From positions 1-64,000 of the forward strand of contig CAXHJY010000826.1 of NCBI GenBank assembly GCA_964016885.1: a DNA stretch of 64,000 nt, written 5' to 3'. The translations under genes were made by a program, and so were the position numbers. This document shows, piece after piece, positions 46,201 to 64,000 of this stretch. This stretch comes from Eledone cirrhosa (lineage: Eukaryota). The notes beneath the pieces are model-generated. The model made no database searches. It saw only the letters and a program-made list of their open reading frames with translations, and had not been told where the DNA came from. Numbering within the stretch: the first letter of the stretch is position 1; every line of letters begins with the position of its first letter.

Positions 46201-47200
46201 TACACTACAATACACTACACTACACTTCATTACACTAAACTGCACTACACTACACTACACTACACTACACTAACACTACACTACACTACACTATACTACA
46301 CTACAATACACTAAACTACACTTCACTACACTATACTATACTAAACTACACTACACTAAACTACACTACACTACACTAAACTACACTACATTACACTACA
46401 CTACACTAAACTACACTATACTACACTACACTACACTAAACTGCACTACACTACACTACACATATACTACACTAAACTACACTACACTACACTACATTAC
46501 ACTACACTAAACTACACTAGACTTCACTACACTATACTACACTAACACTATACTACACTACACTACACTACAATACACTACACTACACTTCATTACACTA
46601 ACTGCACTACACTACACTACACTACACTATACTGCACTACACTACACTACACTACAATAAACTACACTACACTAAACTACACTACACTACACTACACTAC
46701 ACTTAACTACACTACACTTAACTACACTACACTAAACTAAACTACACTACACCACACTACACTACACTTAACTACACTACAATACACTACACTACACTAA
46801 ACTAAACTACACTACACTAAACTACACTACACTATACTACACTTAACTACACTTCATTACACTAAACTGCACTACACTACACTACAATAAACTACACTAC
46901 ACTTAACCACACTACACTACACTACACTATACTACACTACACTACAATAAACTACAATAAACTACACTAAACTAAACTACACTACACTACACTTAACTAC
47001 ACTACAATACACTACACTAAACTAAACTACACTACACCACACTACACTACACTTAACTACACTACAATACACTACACTACACTAAACTAAACTACACTAA
47101 ACTACACTACACTAAACTACACTTAACTACACTACACTACACTACACTACACTACACTACACTACACTACACTACACAACACTACACTATGACTACACTA
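43205..47200. repeat. (TACAC)n pentanucleotide array, ~4 kb
   Basis: Direct reading, with variants taaac, tagac, tatac, tgcac. Confidence 0.97.
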
Positions 47201-47981
47201 TGGGTGATGGCGGCGCTGGGGGTTAAACTCCCCTCAATAAGTCAGTATCTTCCCTATAAAGAGCCACGGTGGTGACAATTTCTTGATATTCTCTTTATCT
47301 CTGTCTAGACCTCACATTGATTTCAACCGAGCTTTTTCTTATTATTTTTCTTCCGGCTTCTCTCTTCTCATGACACTGGAGAGAAGCTTTACTTATTTGT
47401 TTGTATGTTGATAACTATCTCCACATAACTCTTCATTTCATTTCTTTCATTTCCCTTTCTACTCTCTTCTTTCTTTTCTTTCCTTGTCCTTTCCTCCTCT
47501 AAATACACGACGACATTTTAAAATAGTTTTGCCTTTGTTTTACTTATCTAGCATCCTTCAAGATATTGCTTAACAGTTACAGAGAGAGTTTATTATAATC
47601 CGACATTTATTTGCCAGTTGGAGGAAATATTGCTCGGCTCTGGTGTAAATATGATCCTCCCACACCGCACCCTATGCACTACCCCTCACGCACCCTCGAT
47701 GGTGTAGGTCCTCGTGGTAGGCCCTGAAAACTGATCACTGATATCTGATCTCAATGCAAAAGAAGAAGAAGGAGAGAAGAAAGAAAAAGAAAAAGAAAAA
47801 GAAAGAAAGAAAAAGAAAAAGAAAAGAAAAAGAAAGAAAAAGAAAGAGAAAAAAGAAAAAGAAAAAAGAAAGAAAAAGAAGAAAAAGAAGAAAAGAAGAA
47901 GAAGAAGAAGAAGAAGAAGAAGAAGAAGAGACTTAACGAGTGCTTTATTGATGTATTCACAGTTGTTATATAAATTACAGC

Positions 47982-51322
<3,341 letters not shown>

Positions 51323-52750
51323 TAGACATGTGACCTCTGTGCGGAGGAGATATTCTTTATACTAAAATCTAAAATTCCCTTAATCTACGGACAAATTTAT
51401 TCAGTTGCTGCAGACATAGATTGAACTCAACGTTTAAATATAAATTTAAATTTAAAATGTAATTATGTTTGTTTTGATTTGATTTGTAATTATTTATGAA
51501 ACTAGCCGATAAATCTTTCGATTTCTTCTTTTTATTAAAACATTCTTTTTATTAAAACATTCTTCATGAATAATTAAACTACCCTAAAAGCTGATGCTCC
51601 AAATATATCGAATTAAAGTTTAAACTAGATAAACTTCTATATTATATATAAGAACATATGTAGACCAAATGGGTATCCTAAACTTTTGGAATGATTTCTG
51701 CTAGACAGGATTTGGTAAACAATTTTTGTTTTATCTGTTTCGACTCTGATGCTTATGATGATCTTGGCAATATATTGTCAATTAACTTTGAAAGGCTGAT
51801 CTCTGTGTTTTATTTGTATTATTTTTTAATATCTTTTAATATTTTGTAATATATTTTTATTTTTTAATATTAAATGTTTTAGTTTTCTGTTTATTTATTT
51901 ATTTATTTTCTTGTCTCTGATATTTTTATTTTTATTTTTATTTCTATTTTTATTTTTATTAATATATTGAAATCTGTTCTCTATTTCTGCTTGATCGACA
52001 ATCAGGTAGAATAAAGACAAGAATAGTATTGTTAAAATTAATATAGACTCTATATATATATGTGTATATATACACACATATATGTATACTTGAATTTTTA
52101 TAGCACAATGAGAATGTTTTCGTGTGAATTGGGGAGTTTGTTTATAATTATGATATAAACATATGAATTTTAAAAACTAGACATAAGATCATTACTTTTC
52201 ACACATTATAGATACATGTCTCATTCATGAATACTGGTACTTACATTATAATGCCTGTTTTATACGAACTAATATTTTCTACGGATAAAACATAGCGGTT
52301 TTAAATTCTGCATCGTTTATGTCTGGTTATGTTTCATTTTCTCTTTTTCATTTTCTCTTTTTTCTCTCTATATAACGGCTATTTTCTCTCTTAACTACAT
52401 ACATCTCTCTTTACATTAATACTAGAGCTAAATAAATAATAAATAAATGTATCAACCGATACTCAACTTCCTAATTTCTCTATCTATCTCTATCTATCTC
52501 TTTCTTTTTCCTCTCTCTATATATATTTCTCTCTGTTTCTTTACATGAAGTTCTTCTCTTTATCTATCTTTCTATATCCCTCTATTTAGTCACATGCATT
52601 TCTTCTTTTTCTTCGTTTCTCTTTCTTTCTCTCTTTATCTCTTTCTTTTACAACTGTCCACAATATTTTTTACTACCAAATCAACCTCCCAAATGCAAGG
52701 TGATTGAAAGGTATGTCATATCTATTTATTTATAAGACTGTTTATATTGT

Positions 52751-52813
52751 ATTTTGTCTGAAGATGGCATAACATATTGTTAATATGATATCCTGAAATA
52801 TATATAACGAAAT
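52751..52813 (+). ncRNA. Type I hammerhead ribozyme, family B
   Basis: attttgt-CTGAAGA-stem II-GAAA-tatata-TA-acgaaat. Confidence 0.65.
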
Positions 52814-52943
52814 AAATATGGTTTTATAAATATAGTTTCCATTATTTAATATCATAAATATACTCCAAATACTTGTTGAGTGCTTTTATATCAGTTATAA
52901 ATATTTACTCGTTGTTAACCCAACAATTTAAATATAACTTTCC

Positions 52944-54462
<1,519 letters not shown>

Positions 54463-55313
54463 TGCTAACTCTAAAAGATCTAAAACAAGCTACATGAAAG
54501 TTCGTACGAAGTAAAGGTAGAATACGGAAAAATAAATTCAGAATCCACCCCGCCCAAAAGAAAAGCGAAGAAAGAAATACTGAAACGAAAAAATAAGGCA
54601 TAAGTGCCACTAAGAAATATAGAGGGCACAGAGAATAGTGGGAGCGGTCGGAAAAAGGGGACCAGTATCCAGGGTCTAAACCAATCTATATTTTTCTCGG
54701 GACTCAGAATTATTATCTCGTACAAGTTCACTTTGCTGCACTGGGTGGTTGCTGGCATTGTGCCCGGGATGGAAACCTTTATTGTTTATTTCGTGGTAGT
54801 CTCTTTAGTATTTTGGCCCCTTTTGTTGACCCGTCACCGTATCATTTACGTACTTATACCTCTTATAAGGGTCCTTGCCTATCCCGTCCCACCTAGTTCT
54901 TTTACTTATTTCGTTATTTCTTTATTTCTTTCTTTACTTCTTTCTTTCTTTCTTTATTTATTTATTCTAGCCTAACAATAGCTAGAGACCTAGGTCGTAG
55001 AATTTAATTTACTTTACTTTTTTCTTTACACTTATTTGCTTTTCTTCACTCTCAGTATTTTTTCTTTCCTATATATTTCTACCCCCCCCCCCCTTGTTCT
55101 ACCTACCGTTCCAACTTCCTCCCCCTCCCCCTCCCCTGTATCTTCTTTGACCTCATGCCCAGCTGTAGCTGGCACTACCAACGCTTGATTGGGTCTACTC
55201 CACCCCCTCCCCTCTTTCTCCTACTGGCAGGTTTAGCCACCATCTCCCCTACTAATTTGCAACCACAGAATTACTACTGATTTTTGACAATCACTTTGAC
55301 CATATATGGAATT

Positions 55314-55407
55314 ACCCCTTGAGAAGATCGGCTATTTAAATACCAGGATAAGTTTTCATTTAGTCCAGAATTAGCCGTCGAAACGGCTTGAGCTCAGCTG
55401 TCGGGGT
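55314..55407 (+). ncRNA. Type I hammerhead ribozyme, family D, with U3-A8 variant core
   Basis: acccc-TTGAGAA-ga(t)cggcta...tagccgtc-GAAA-cggc ttgagctca gctg-TC-ggggt. All three helices pair and the cleavage triplet is GUC. Confidence 0.75.
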
Positions 55408-55503
55408 CTTACTGGTTCCTATATATATATATATATATACACATATATACACATACACACATATACACACATACATATATATATATATACACAAAATATA
55501 TAA

Positions 55504-55540
<37 letters not shown>

Positions 55541-55748
55541 TATACGTAAACACACATATACATTACATACATAGCTAAACAATTATACACATGCAAATAC
55601 GTATATATCAAAAACACGCACAACCAAAAACAAATACACACACACACATACACACACACACACAACCACACACACACACATATATATACATAAAAGAATA
55701 ATAAAATAAAATAAAATAATAAAAACACACACATATACATACATACAT

Positions 55749-55801
<53 letters not shown>

Positions 55802-55971
55802 CATACATACACACACATATACACACATACGTACATATACACAGGTGCATACACATACACACACACACATATACATGTGTGTATGTGTAAAACTCAGTAT
55901 TAGCAAAGACAAATGAACCTTACATAAACGTATATATAGTAGTAAGGTAATAAAGCAACATAAGGCAATTA

Positions 55972-56030
55972 TTCCATTCACCAGAGGTTTCTTAAAAGCC
56001 AAAAATGTTTCCTTCAGTCTTCAGAATGAA
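55972..56030 (-). ncRNA. Hammerhead family F, probably inactive (GUG site)
   Basis: RC: ttcatt-CTGAAGA-ctgaagg...cttttaa-GAAA-cctctgg-TG-aatggaa. Confidence 0.55.
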
Positions 56031-56110
56031 AAAAAAGTGAAAAAAACCTGGTTTATTCACATATACAAACATATACATACACAAATATACATATATATAC
56101 ACATACACAA

Positions 56111-56175
<65 letters not shown>

Positions 56176-56538
56176 TGTCTGTCCTGTTAGCTGGGTCATG
56201 TATCGCTGTCAAAAATTAAAAAATATATATATATATATTTTTTTTTTTTTCCTTATTTTTATTTGCGTTTTCGAATATGTAGAGGAGTGCATTCATGTAT
56301 GTGTATGTATGTACGTTTTGTATGTTTGTGTGAATGTATGTATGTGTGTATATATATGTGTGTGTGTATGGCTATGTTTGTGTATGTGTATGCTTGTACA
56401 CACACATGTGTATGTGTGTGTATGTGTGTGTGTGTGTATATGTATATATATGTATATATATATATATATGTACACATATATATATATATGTGTGGATATG
56501 TGCGTGTGTGTGTGTGCGTGTGTGTGTGCGTGTGTGCG

Positions 56539-56583
<45 letters not shown>

Positions 56584-56696
56584 GCGTGTGTGTATATGTA
56601 TTATTGTATGTATGTGTATATGTGTGTATATATGTGCTTGTGTAGGTAAGTGTACGTTTTTTATATATATGTGTGTATGTGTATGTGTGTATGCGT

Positions 56697-56743
<47 letters not shown>

Positions 56744-56778
56744 GATAAATCTACCAAGAGTTTACGGTAGTGTCCAAT

Positions 56779-56925
56779 TTATTTCTGAAGACGGCGTATA
56801 TATGTGTTAGGTATGTATATTTAATCTTGATAATTTGTATAATTTTGTATAATTTTGTACATAGATCTGTTGAATATGCATACCAATTATAACACATATA
56901 TACCCTAGAAACGATCGTTAAATAA
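56779..56925 (+). ncRNA. Type I hammerhead, family A copy 2
   Basis: ttattt-CTGAAGA-long stem II-GAAA-cgatcg-TT-aaataa. Confidence 0.7.
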
Positions 56926-56974
56926 TGAACTTTTTTTGTTTAATATAAGGAATTGTTTATTCATTATTTCTTTA

Positions 56975-57051
<77 letters not shown>

Positions 57052-57222
57052 GTGTGTAAGTATGCTTTTGTTTTTTTTTTTGTTTTTTTTTGTGTGTGTG
57101 TTTGCATGCGTCGTTTTATTTTATTTTATTTTTCCTTTCCTTCTCCCTTCTCCAGCCTCACTTTCATATAGATTGTATTTTTTGGTTTGTAATCCAAATT
57201 CAATAAACAAACCAGCTTTTTC

Positions 57223-57278
57223 CCGTTCTGAGGATTGAAAGCAAAACCTTTTGCTTTTAAGAAACCACTGGTAAATGG
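57223..57278 (+). ncRNA. Type I hammerhead ribozyme, family F
   Basis: ccgtt-CTGAGGA-ttgaaagcaaaa cc ttttgcttttaa-GAAA-ccactgg-TA-aatgg. Confidence 0.75.
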
Positions 57279-57379
57279 AATAATTGCCTTATGTTGTTTA
57301 TTACATAATAATAATAATTAAGCTCTGTTGCATACATAGAGCACTCTTTTTTCCTGGACTTTTCCGATGGAATTACTTC

Positions 57380-57420
<41 letters not shown>

Positions 57421-57422
57421 CA

Positions 57423-57465
<43 letters not shown>

Positions 57466-57479
57466 GCGTAAATATATAT

Positions 57480-57512
<33 letters not shown>

Positions 57513-57586
57513 CATGCATATATATATGTATATATATATATGCATATATATATATATATATACATATATATATGTATATATATATA

Positions 57587-57644
<58 letters not shown>

Positions 57645-57712
57645 CCTATATATATGTATAGATATATATGTGTGTGTGTGTATATATATATGTATATATA
57701 GAGAGAGAGAGT

Positions 57713-57808
<96 letters not shown>

Positions 57809-57944
57809 TTTATATTGAGCAAATAGATCTATGATGAAAGACGTTCTCGCCGTGAATATCTATTATTACTTTCTCAGGGTAACTAATACACCCAGAAACA
57901 CATTCTCTAAAGTATCGATTTCCCTTCAACCACCACCACCACCC

Positions 57945-58190
57945 CACAAATTGCAGGACTTATGCCTATAGTGGAAATTATTATTATTATTATTATGCCG
58001 AGGTTAACTTTGCCTTTCATCCTAACGGGGTCGTTAAAATAAAGTACCAGTAATGTACTGGGTAATTGCTGGCCTTGTGCCTAACGTAGAAACAATTATA
58101 TATTACTAACGGGGTCGATAAAATAAAGTACCAGTAATGCACTGGGGTAATTGCTGGCCTTGTGTGAAAAAGTAGAAACAATTATTATTT
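57945..58190 (+). mobile_element. Truncated S1 SINE fragments
   Basis: Core and tail matches. Confidence 0.7.
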
Positions 58191-58349
58191 GTTTGACGTA
58201 AGCAGACGTGCGACTTATCGCTTCACAGAGATTGGATAGTTACCAAACAAAGGATTAAAGAATTGTTTATTTTAAAAAAAATGTCTTCGTGGAGCTCTTG
58301 AAGAATTCTTGGACGTCCCGCACTCCCTCGCTGTCTCTCTCCTCCCGCC

Positions 58350-58405
<56 letters not shown>

Positions 58406-58981
58406 ATACTCTCTCTCTCTCTCATACACACTCTCTCTCTCTTTATCTCTCTCTCTCAATCTCTGTCTCTCTGTCTCTCAATCTCTCAATCCCTCTCTCA
58501 CTCACTCTCTCTCACTTACTTTCTCTCTCTCAATCTCTCTCAATTTTTCCATTCTGTTTCTCTTACTCTCTCTCTCCCCCTCTGTCTCTCTTGCCAGGTT
58601 AAAAACATGGTTTATCATATCGGGGGCGTTTAAATATTGTTATGTTTGTGTTTCTATTGAAGCCAAGATGGCGACGAGCCATACAGACACTGCTCCGGTG
58701 CCCGAGCACCTCAACTAAATGTAACAAACAGAATAAAACAAATAAAAAAGAGATAACAAATTTAAATAAAGAGAAGAACGTAAAACAAGGAAGAAATGAC
58801 ATTTTTTCTTATTTTGGCAGAAAAAGGGAATAAAAGATCAAATATTCAAACATCAGCAGCAACAATACATACGTACATACATACACACATACACACATAC
58901 GTACATACATACATACATACACACATACACACATACACACATATGTACATACATATATACATATATACATATATACATATA

Positions 58982-59588
58982 TGGCGGCTGCCAACTCGTT
59001 TTCGAGTACGGCCACTACTTTATATCCATGTAGGAGAAACCCTACCGATGCGCTGAACGAGTGTGACTTTTTAATCCAGCCAGCGACTTGAAAACTCTGG
59101 TACAAACACTACACCTGTGACAATTATTGTCACATAGTGCTGGGCCCATGGTACCATGTGACGACAAGTGCAGAGAGATCTCCAGATATAAAGCAATGAC
59201 TGTGCCGTGAAGCTTTTATAGTGAGCAAAGGCACTGCACAAAGCCAGTCCCACTCTCTTAACCAAGATGATATTTACCAAAAAGAACAAGTCAACATCAT
59301 TGGATACCATCAGAGTTGCAGGTGTTATATCAGAGTTTTCCTTCTCCTAGAATTCTGCCTTGACAAAGGCTAAGGGGTCATCTCTCCCGGTGATTTTGGA
59401 TGGCCATTGACTTTTAAGAGCTCCTTTGCCCTTTGACGGGATTTGTTTTTAGTCCTGCAGGATGTCCAAAGTCACCCTCCTCACCAAGAAACCTTGGTAG
59501 GGTTGCCAGTTTAGTCGCCAACGACCCGACCATGAGACAGGTTGTACTGTGATACATGTTACCAGTAGCACCAACTGGTGACCTGACA
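58982..59588 (-). mobile_element. RTE-derived non-autonomous element, copy 2
   Basis: Reverse complement of 26490-27082 with a slightly longer 5' end. Confidence 0.6.
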
Positions 59589-59704
59589 TATATATATATA
59601 TATACATATATACATACATATATACATAGATACATGCACACATATATACATACATATATACACATACATATATACATATATACATATATACACATATACA
59701 TACA

Positions 59705-60522
59705 TCATTTATGTTTATTGCCTCTGTGATTTGTCTAAACATTGCGTCTTTTCTGTGTGTAGATTCTATTTTTATTTCTATGTTCTCTAATTTACCCTTG
59801 TGTTCTATTTTAGCATGTTGGTAGAGTACAATGATTCTTTACTATCTTGAAGATCTCGCCAGTGTTCATTTATCCGTTCCCCTATACTACGAGCTGTCTC
59901 ACCTATGTACACTATATTCTTATCTCTACATTGTCCTTCAGTACATCTTATGCTATATACTACATTTCTTGTTTTACAGTTAATATGGGGGCTTAATTTA
60001 CAGATTATACATTTCTTATCTAGACAAATCACAGAGGCAATAAACATAAATGAACTCCAACCAAAATTAAATAGAAAACATGAATGGAACAGCAACATCA
60101 CAACTTACAATTAAGGACAAAATGAAAACACACACGCACATAGAACAAACAACCAACCAGTAACATGTAAATAAACAAATAAATAAACAAATATAAACAC
60201 ACACAGACACCCGGATGTAACACATGCGCAAACTAAGCACACAACACACACAAAAACAAGATGGCGTAGGACAGAACAAAGGAGAGGCACAAAAACAAAG
60301 AAAAGAATCCCCAGTCACTGAAGAGGTCACAGAATGTGAGACGAAAGAACTTTAACAATATATATATTCCTAAATTTATAAATTTATTATAATAAATTGA
60401 AGTGAAAGCGCAACTGGTGTGTGTATTTCTTATTGGCAACATGACCCTCCCAAAGTATAACAATATCGGTTTCAACACACGTTTTCAGATAAAGAATCTT
60501 GCTAAACAAATTCAGAAACGAA
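59705..60522 (+). mobile_element. Neptune-like PLE fragment with inverted 5' part and pLTR (degenerate HHR ~60314-60356)
   Basis: 59705-~60022 is the minus-strand GIY-YIG region (RNVVYSIRCTEGQC..YIGETARSIGERINEH). From ~60020 it matches 39905-40398 on the plus strand. Confidence 0.85.
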
Positions 60523-60806
60523 ATATATATATATATATATATAAATTGGATATATAATTGGATATATATACATATTTGGAAACTCTGCTTCGTAAAATCG
60601 AGAAATGTCCGAGGTCCTCGCGATTTCAGAGTGAGGTTTGATCACTGCATCGATCGTGCCTCGAGCTGGTCGGCAGAGAAACGATTGTAATATGTCTAAT
60701 AAATTTTATTCGTCACTCCACTGATTCTCCGTTTCTTATGTGATATATATATATATATTTACCAAAGAGAATGACACAATAAAGTTCGTAGTTCATTTAT
60801 TGCTTT

Positions 60807-60852
<46 letters not shown>

Positions 60853-61310
60853 TATGTATGTATGTATACGTACATACATATATGTATACAGACGTACAGT
60901 AGTATGTATATATATACATACATGCACACATATATATATGCACGTATCGGTTTACCGAACATTTATTATAATGCTCGGTTTGTAAACAAACAAACAGCCC
61001 GAATTACGCCGTAGAGTGTGTAGGCAACCACGTCACATTTTTGTTCAACACTGACACTGGAAAGATGTACTAGTTTCAAGCTTATTAGCTATCGTCAGCA
61101 TCGTACACCTTCCGGCCAGATGGTTGAACGTCTGAAAGTATATACGTTCCTTATGCATATTAACGGCTGAGCAATATATATATATATATATAGATATATA
61201 TATATATATATATATTATATATGTATATTATATATATATATATTATATATGTATATTATATATGTATATTATATATGTATATTATATATGTATATTATAT
61301 ATGTATATTA

Positions 61311-61361
<51 letters not shown>

Positions 61362-61582
61362 AATTAAGTTAAAAATGTACATCTATATATGTATACTGAA
61401 ATACTAGTATGCATATGAATACACACACGTATACATATGTAGATGTACCAAGTCTTTCACTGGTTACTTTACTGTGAGTATCCAGCTATTCTGTATGTAA
61501 ACACACAGACAAACCGGTTTTTAGAGTCATACTGGTTTTTGAGGAAACACCTTTCCTCTATTCTCCAGAAAGCCAGACAAGG

Positions 61583-61627
61583 AACATTGAACTAGTTTCG
61601 TTGTTGTTACAACTCATCAGCAATATT
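61583..61627 (-). ncRNA. Type I hammerhead, family G
   Basis: Reverse complement of 62090-62134. Confidence 0.75.
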
Positions 61628-62089
61628 TACCTATCTACCGGCCTTTCTGGAGAATCGTAAAAGCACATATCGTTATATGCTTTTTCTATGAAAATTAGTA
61701 GTGGGCAGACTAATTTGCATAGTGTGTGAGTACGTACCGGTTCAACGGAGACGATAAAAACAAATAACGAAACGAAATTAAATTTCGTTTCGTTTGTAAC
61801 TCACTTTTGTATGACTGACGCTTAAAACAATTAAGTTAAAAATGAAATACTAGTATGCATATGAATACACACACGTATACATATGTAGATGTACCAAGTC
61901 TTTCACTGGTTACTTTACTGTGAGTATCCAGCTATTCTGTATCGTTTCGTTATTTGTTTTTATCGTCTCCGTTGAACCGGTACGTACTCACACTCTATGC
62001 AAATTAGTCTGCCCACTACTAATTTTCATAGAAAAAGCATATAACGATATGTGCTTTTACGATTCTCCAGAAAGGCCGGTAGATAGGTA

Positions 62090-62134
62090 AATATTGCTGA
62101 TGAGTTGTAACAACAACGAAACTAGTTCAATGTT
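62090..62134 (+). ncRNA. Type I hammerhead, family G
   Basis: aatattg-CTGATGA-gttg taacaa caac-GAAA-ctag-TT-caatgtt. Confidence 0.75.
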
Positions 62135-62513
62135 CCTTGTCTGGCTTTCTGGAGAATAGAGGAAAGGTGTTTCCTCAAAAACCAGTATGACTCTAAAAAC
62201 CGGTTTGTCTGTGTGTTTACATACAGAATAGCTGGATACTCACAGTAAAGTAACCAGTGAAAGACTTGGTACATCTACATATGTATACGTGTGTGTATTT
62301 CATATGCATACTAGTATTTCAGTATACATATATAGATGTACATTTTTAACTTAATTGTTTAAGCGTCAGTCATACAAAAGTGAGTTACAAACGAAACGAA
62401 ATTTAATTTCGTTTCGTTATTTGTTTTTATATATATATATGTATATTATATATGTATATTATATATGTATATTATATATATATTATATATGTATATATAT
62501 ATATATATATATA

Positions 62514-63176
62514 TTGTTATACTTTGGGAGGGTCATGTTGCCAATAAGAAACACACGCACCAGTTGCTTTCACTTCAATTTATTATATATTTATAAATTT
62601 ATAAATTTACAAATCTACAAACTTATAAATTTCTGGTTGGTTGGTTGGTTCCACAACCAGATAGTTGTTTATATATAGTCATAGTCCTTTCGTCACACAC
62701 TCTGTGACCTCTTCAGTGACACACACATAGAACAAACAACCAACCAACAATAAATAAATAAATAAATAAATAAACAAATAGATAAATGAACACAAACACA
62801 CACAGACACCTGGATGTGGCGCATGCGCAAACTGAGCTCACAACACAAACACAGAAACAAAATGGCGTAGGATAGAAGAAAGGAAAGGCACAGAAACAAA
62901 GAAAGGAATCCCCAGTCACTGAAGAGATCACAGAGTGTGTGACGAAAGGACTATAACTATATATAAACAACTATCTGGTTGTGGAACCAACCAACCAACC
63001 AGAAATTTATAAGTTTGTAGATTTGTAAATTTATAAATTTATAAATATATAATAAATTGAAGTGAAAGCAACTGGTGCGTGTGTTTCTTATTGGCAACAT
63101 GACCCTTCCAAAGTATAACAATATCGGTTTCAACACACAATTTTAGATAAAGATTCTTGCTAAACAAATTCAGAAA

Positions 63177-63179
<3 letters not shown>
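62514..63179. mobile_element. Inverted pair of Neptune-like pLTRs
   Basis: 62514-62720 is the minus-strand and 62720-63179 the plus-strand match to 40015-40398. Confidence 0.8.
62678..62720 (-). ncRNA. Minimal hammerhead, family E (intact)
   Basis: RC gtca-CTGAAGA-ggtcacagagtgtgtgac-GAAA-ggac-TA-tgac. A mutated plus-strand copy lies at 62915-62957. Confidence 0.75.
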
Positions 63180-63246
<67 letters not shown>

Positions 63247-63373
63247 TATATATGTATATTATATATATATATTATATATATATATTATATATATATTATA
63301 TATATATATATTATATATATATATATTATATATATATATTATATATATATATATTATATATATATATTATATA

Positions 63374-63404
<31 letters not shown>

Positions 63405-63405
63405 C

Positions 63406-63458
<53 letters not shown>

Positions 63459-63520
63459 TATATATGTATATTATATAAGTATATTATATATATATATTAT
63501 ATATATATACTATATATATA

Positions 63521-63573
<53 letters not shown>

Positions 63574-63650
63574 TATATATATACATATTATATATGTATA
63601 TTATATAAGTATATTATATATATATATTATATATATATACTATATATATA

Positions 63651-63703
<53 letters not shown>

Positions 63704-63709
63704 TATATA

Positions 63710-63753
<44 letters not shown>

Positions 63754-63870
63754 TATATATGTATATTATATAAGTATATTATATATATATATTATATGTA
63801 TATATTATATATATATATTAAATATATATATTATATATATATATTATATATATATATTATATATATATAC

Positions 63871-63905
<35 letters not shown>

Positions 63906-63916
63906 CTATATATATA

Positions 63917-63947
<31 letters not shown>

Positions 63948-64000
63948 ATATATGTATTATATATATATATATATATATTATTATATATATATATATATAT
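63180..64000. repeat. (TA)n-rich tract to window end
   Basis: Direct reading. Confidence 0.95.

Larger units (their letters stand above)
61358..62430. mobile_element. ORF-less ~467-bp hammerhead-bearing monomer in partial tandem plus inverted copy (retrozyme-like)
   Basis: caattaagttaaaaatg at 61361 and 61828. From 61943 an inverted copy reads through the same monomer junction at ~62361. Confidence 0.7.

Noticed and set aside
47636-47750. HDV-like ribozyme candidate (ggctctg...tcctcgtgg)
   Set aside because: I could not find a P1 partner or nested pseudoknot by hand.
58660-58720. caagatggcg (YY1-like) motif with ATG as a gene start
   Set aside because: The ORF is only 16 codons and no splice donor or other support is evident.

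Overview
AT-rich eukaryotic non-coding DNA made almost entirely of repeats. The SINE types and extreme microsatellite density suggest an octopus or other cephalopod genome (inference). I can support no intact host gene. Nearly all listed ORFs are translations of (TA)n, (CA)n, (GGT)n and similar tracts. The window holds large micro-, mini- and satellite arrays, about 20 tRNA-derived SINE copies, three non-autonomous Helitron-like copies, a Tc1/mariner MITE, a deleted mariner, RTE/CR1/RLE-type LINE remnants, and remnants of two clades of Penelope-like elements (PLEs). The main hidden signal is RNA-structural. Reading by eye I find about 15-17 type I hammerhead ribozyme (HHR) motifs from roughly 8 distinct sequence families. 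Most sit in short, ORF-less elements embedded in (TA)n, and most have minimal palindromic stem III. They include a U3-A8 compensatory core variant and a ~467-bp HHR-bearing monomer whose head-to-tail junction is read through in both orientations, as expected of a retrozyme or circular RNA. All folds were paired by hand and none was computed.
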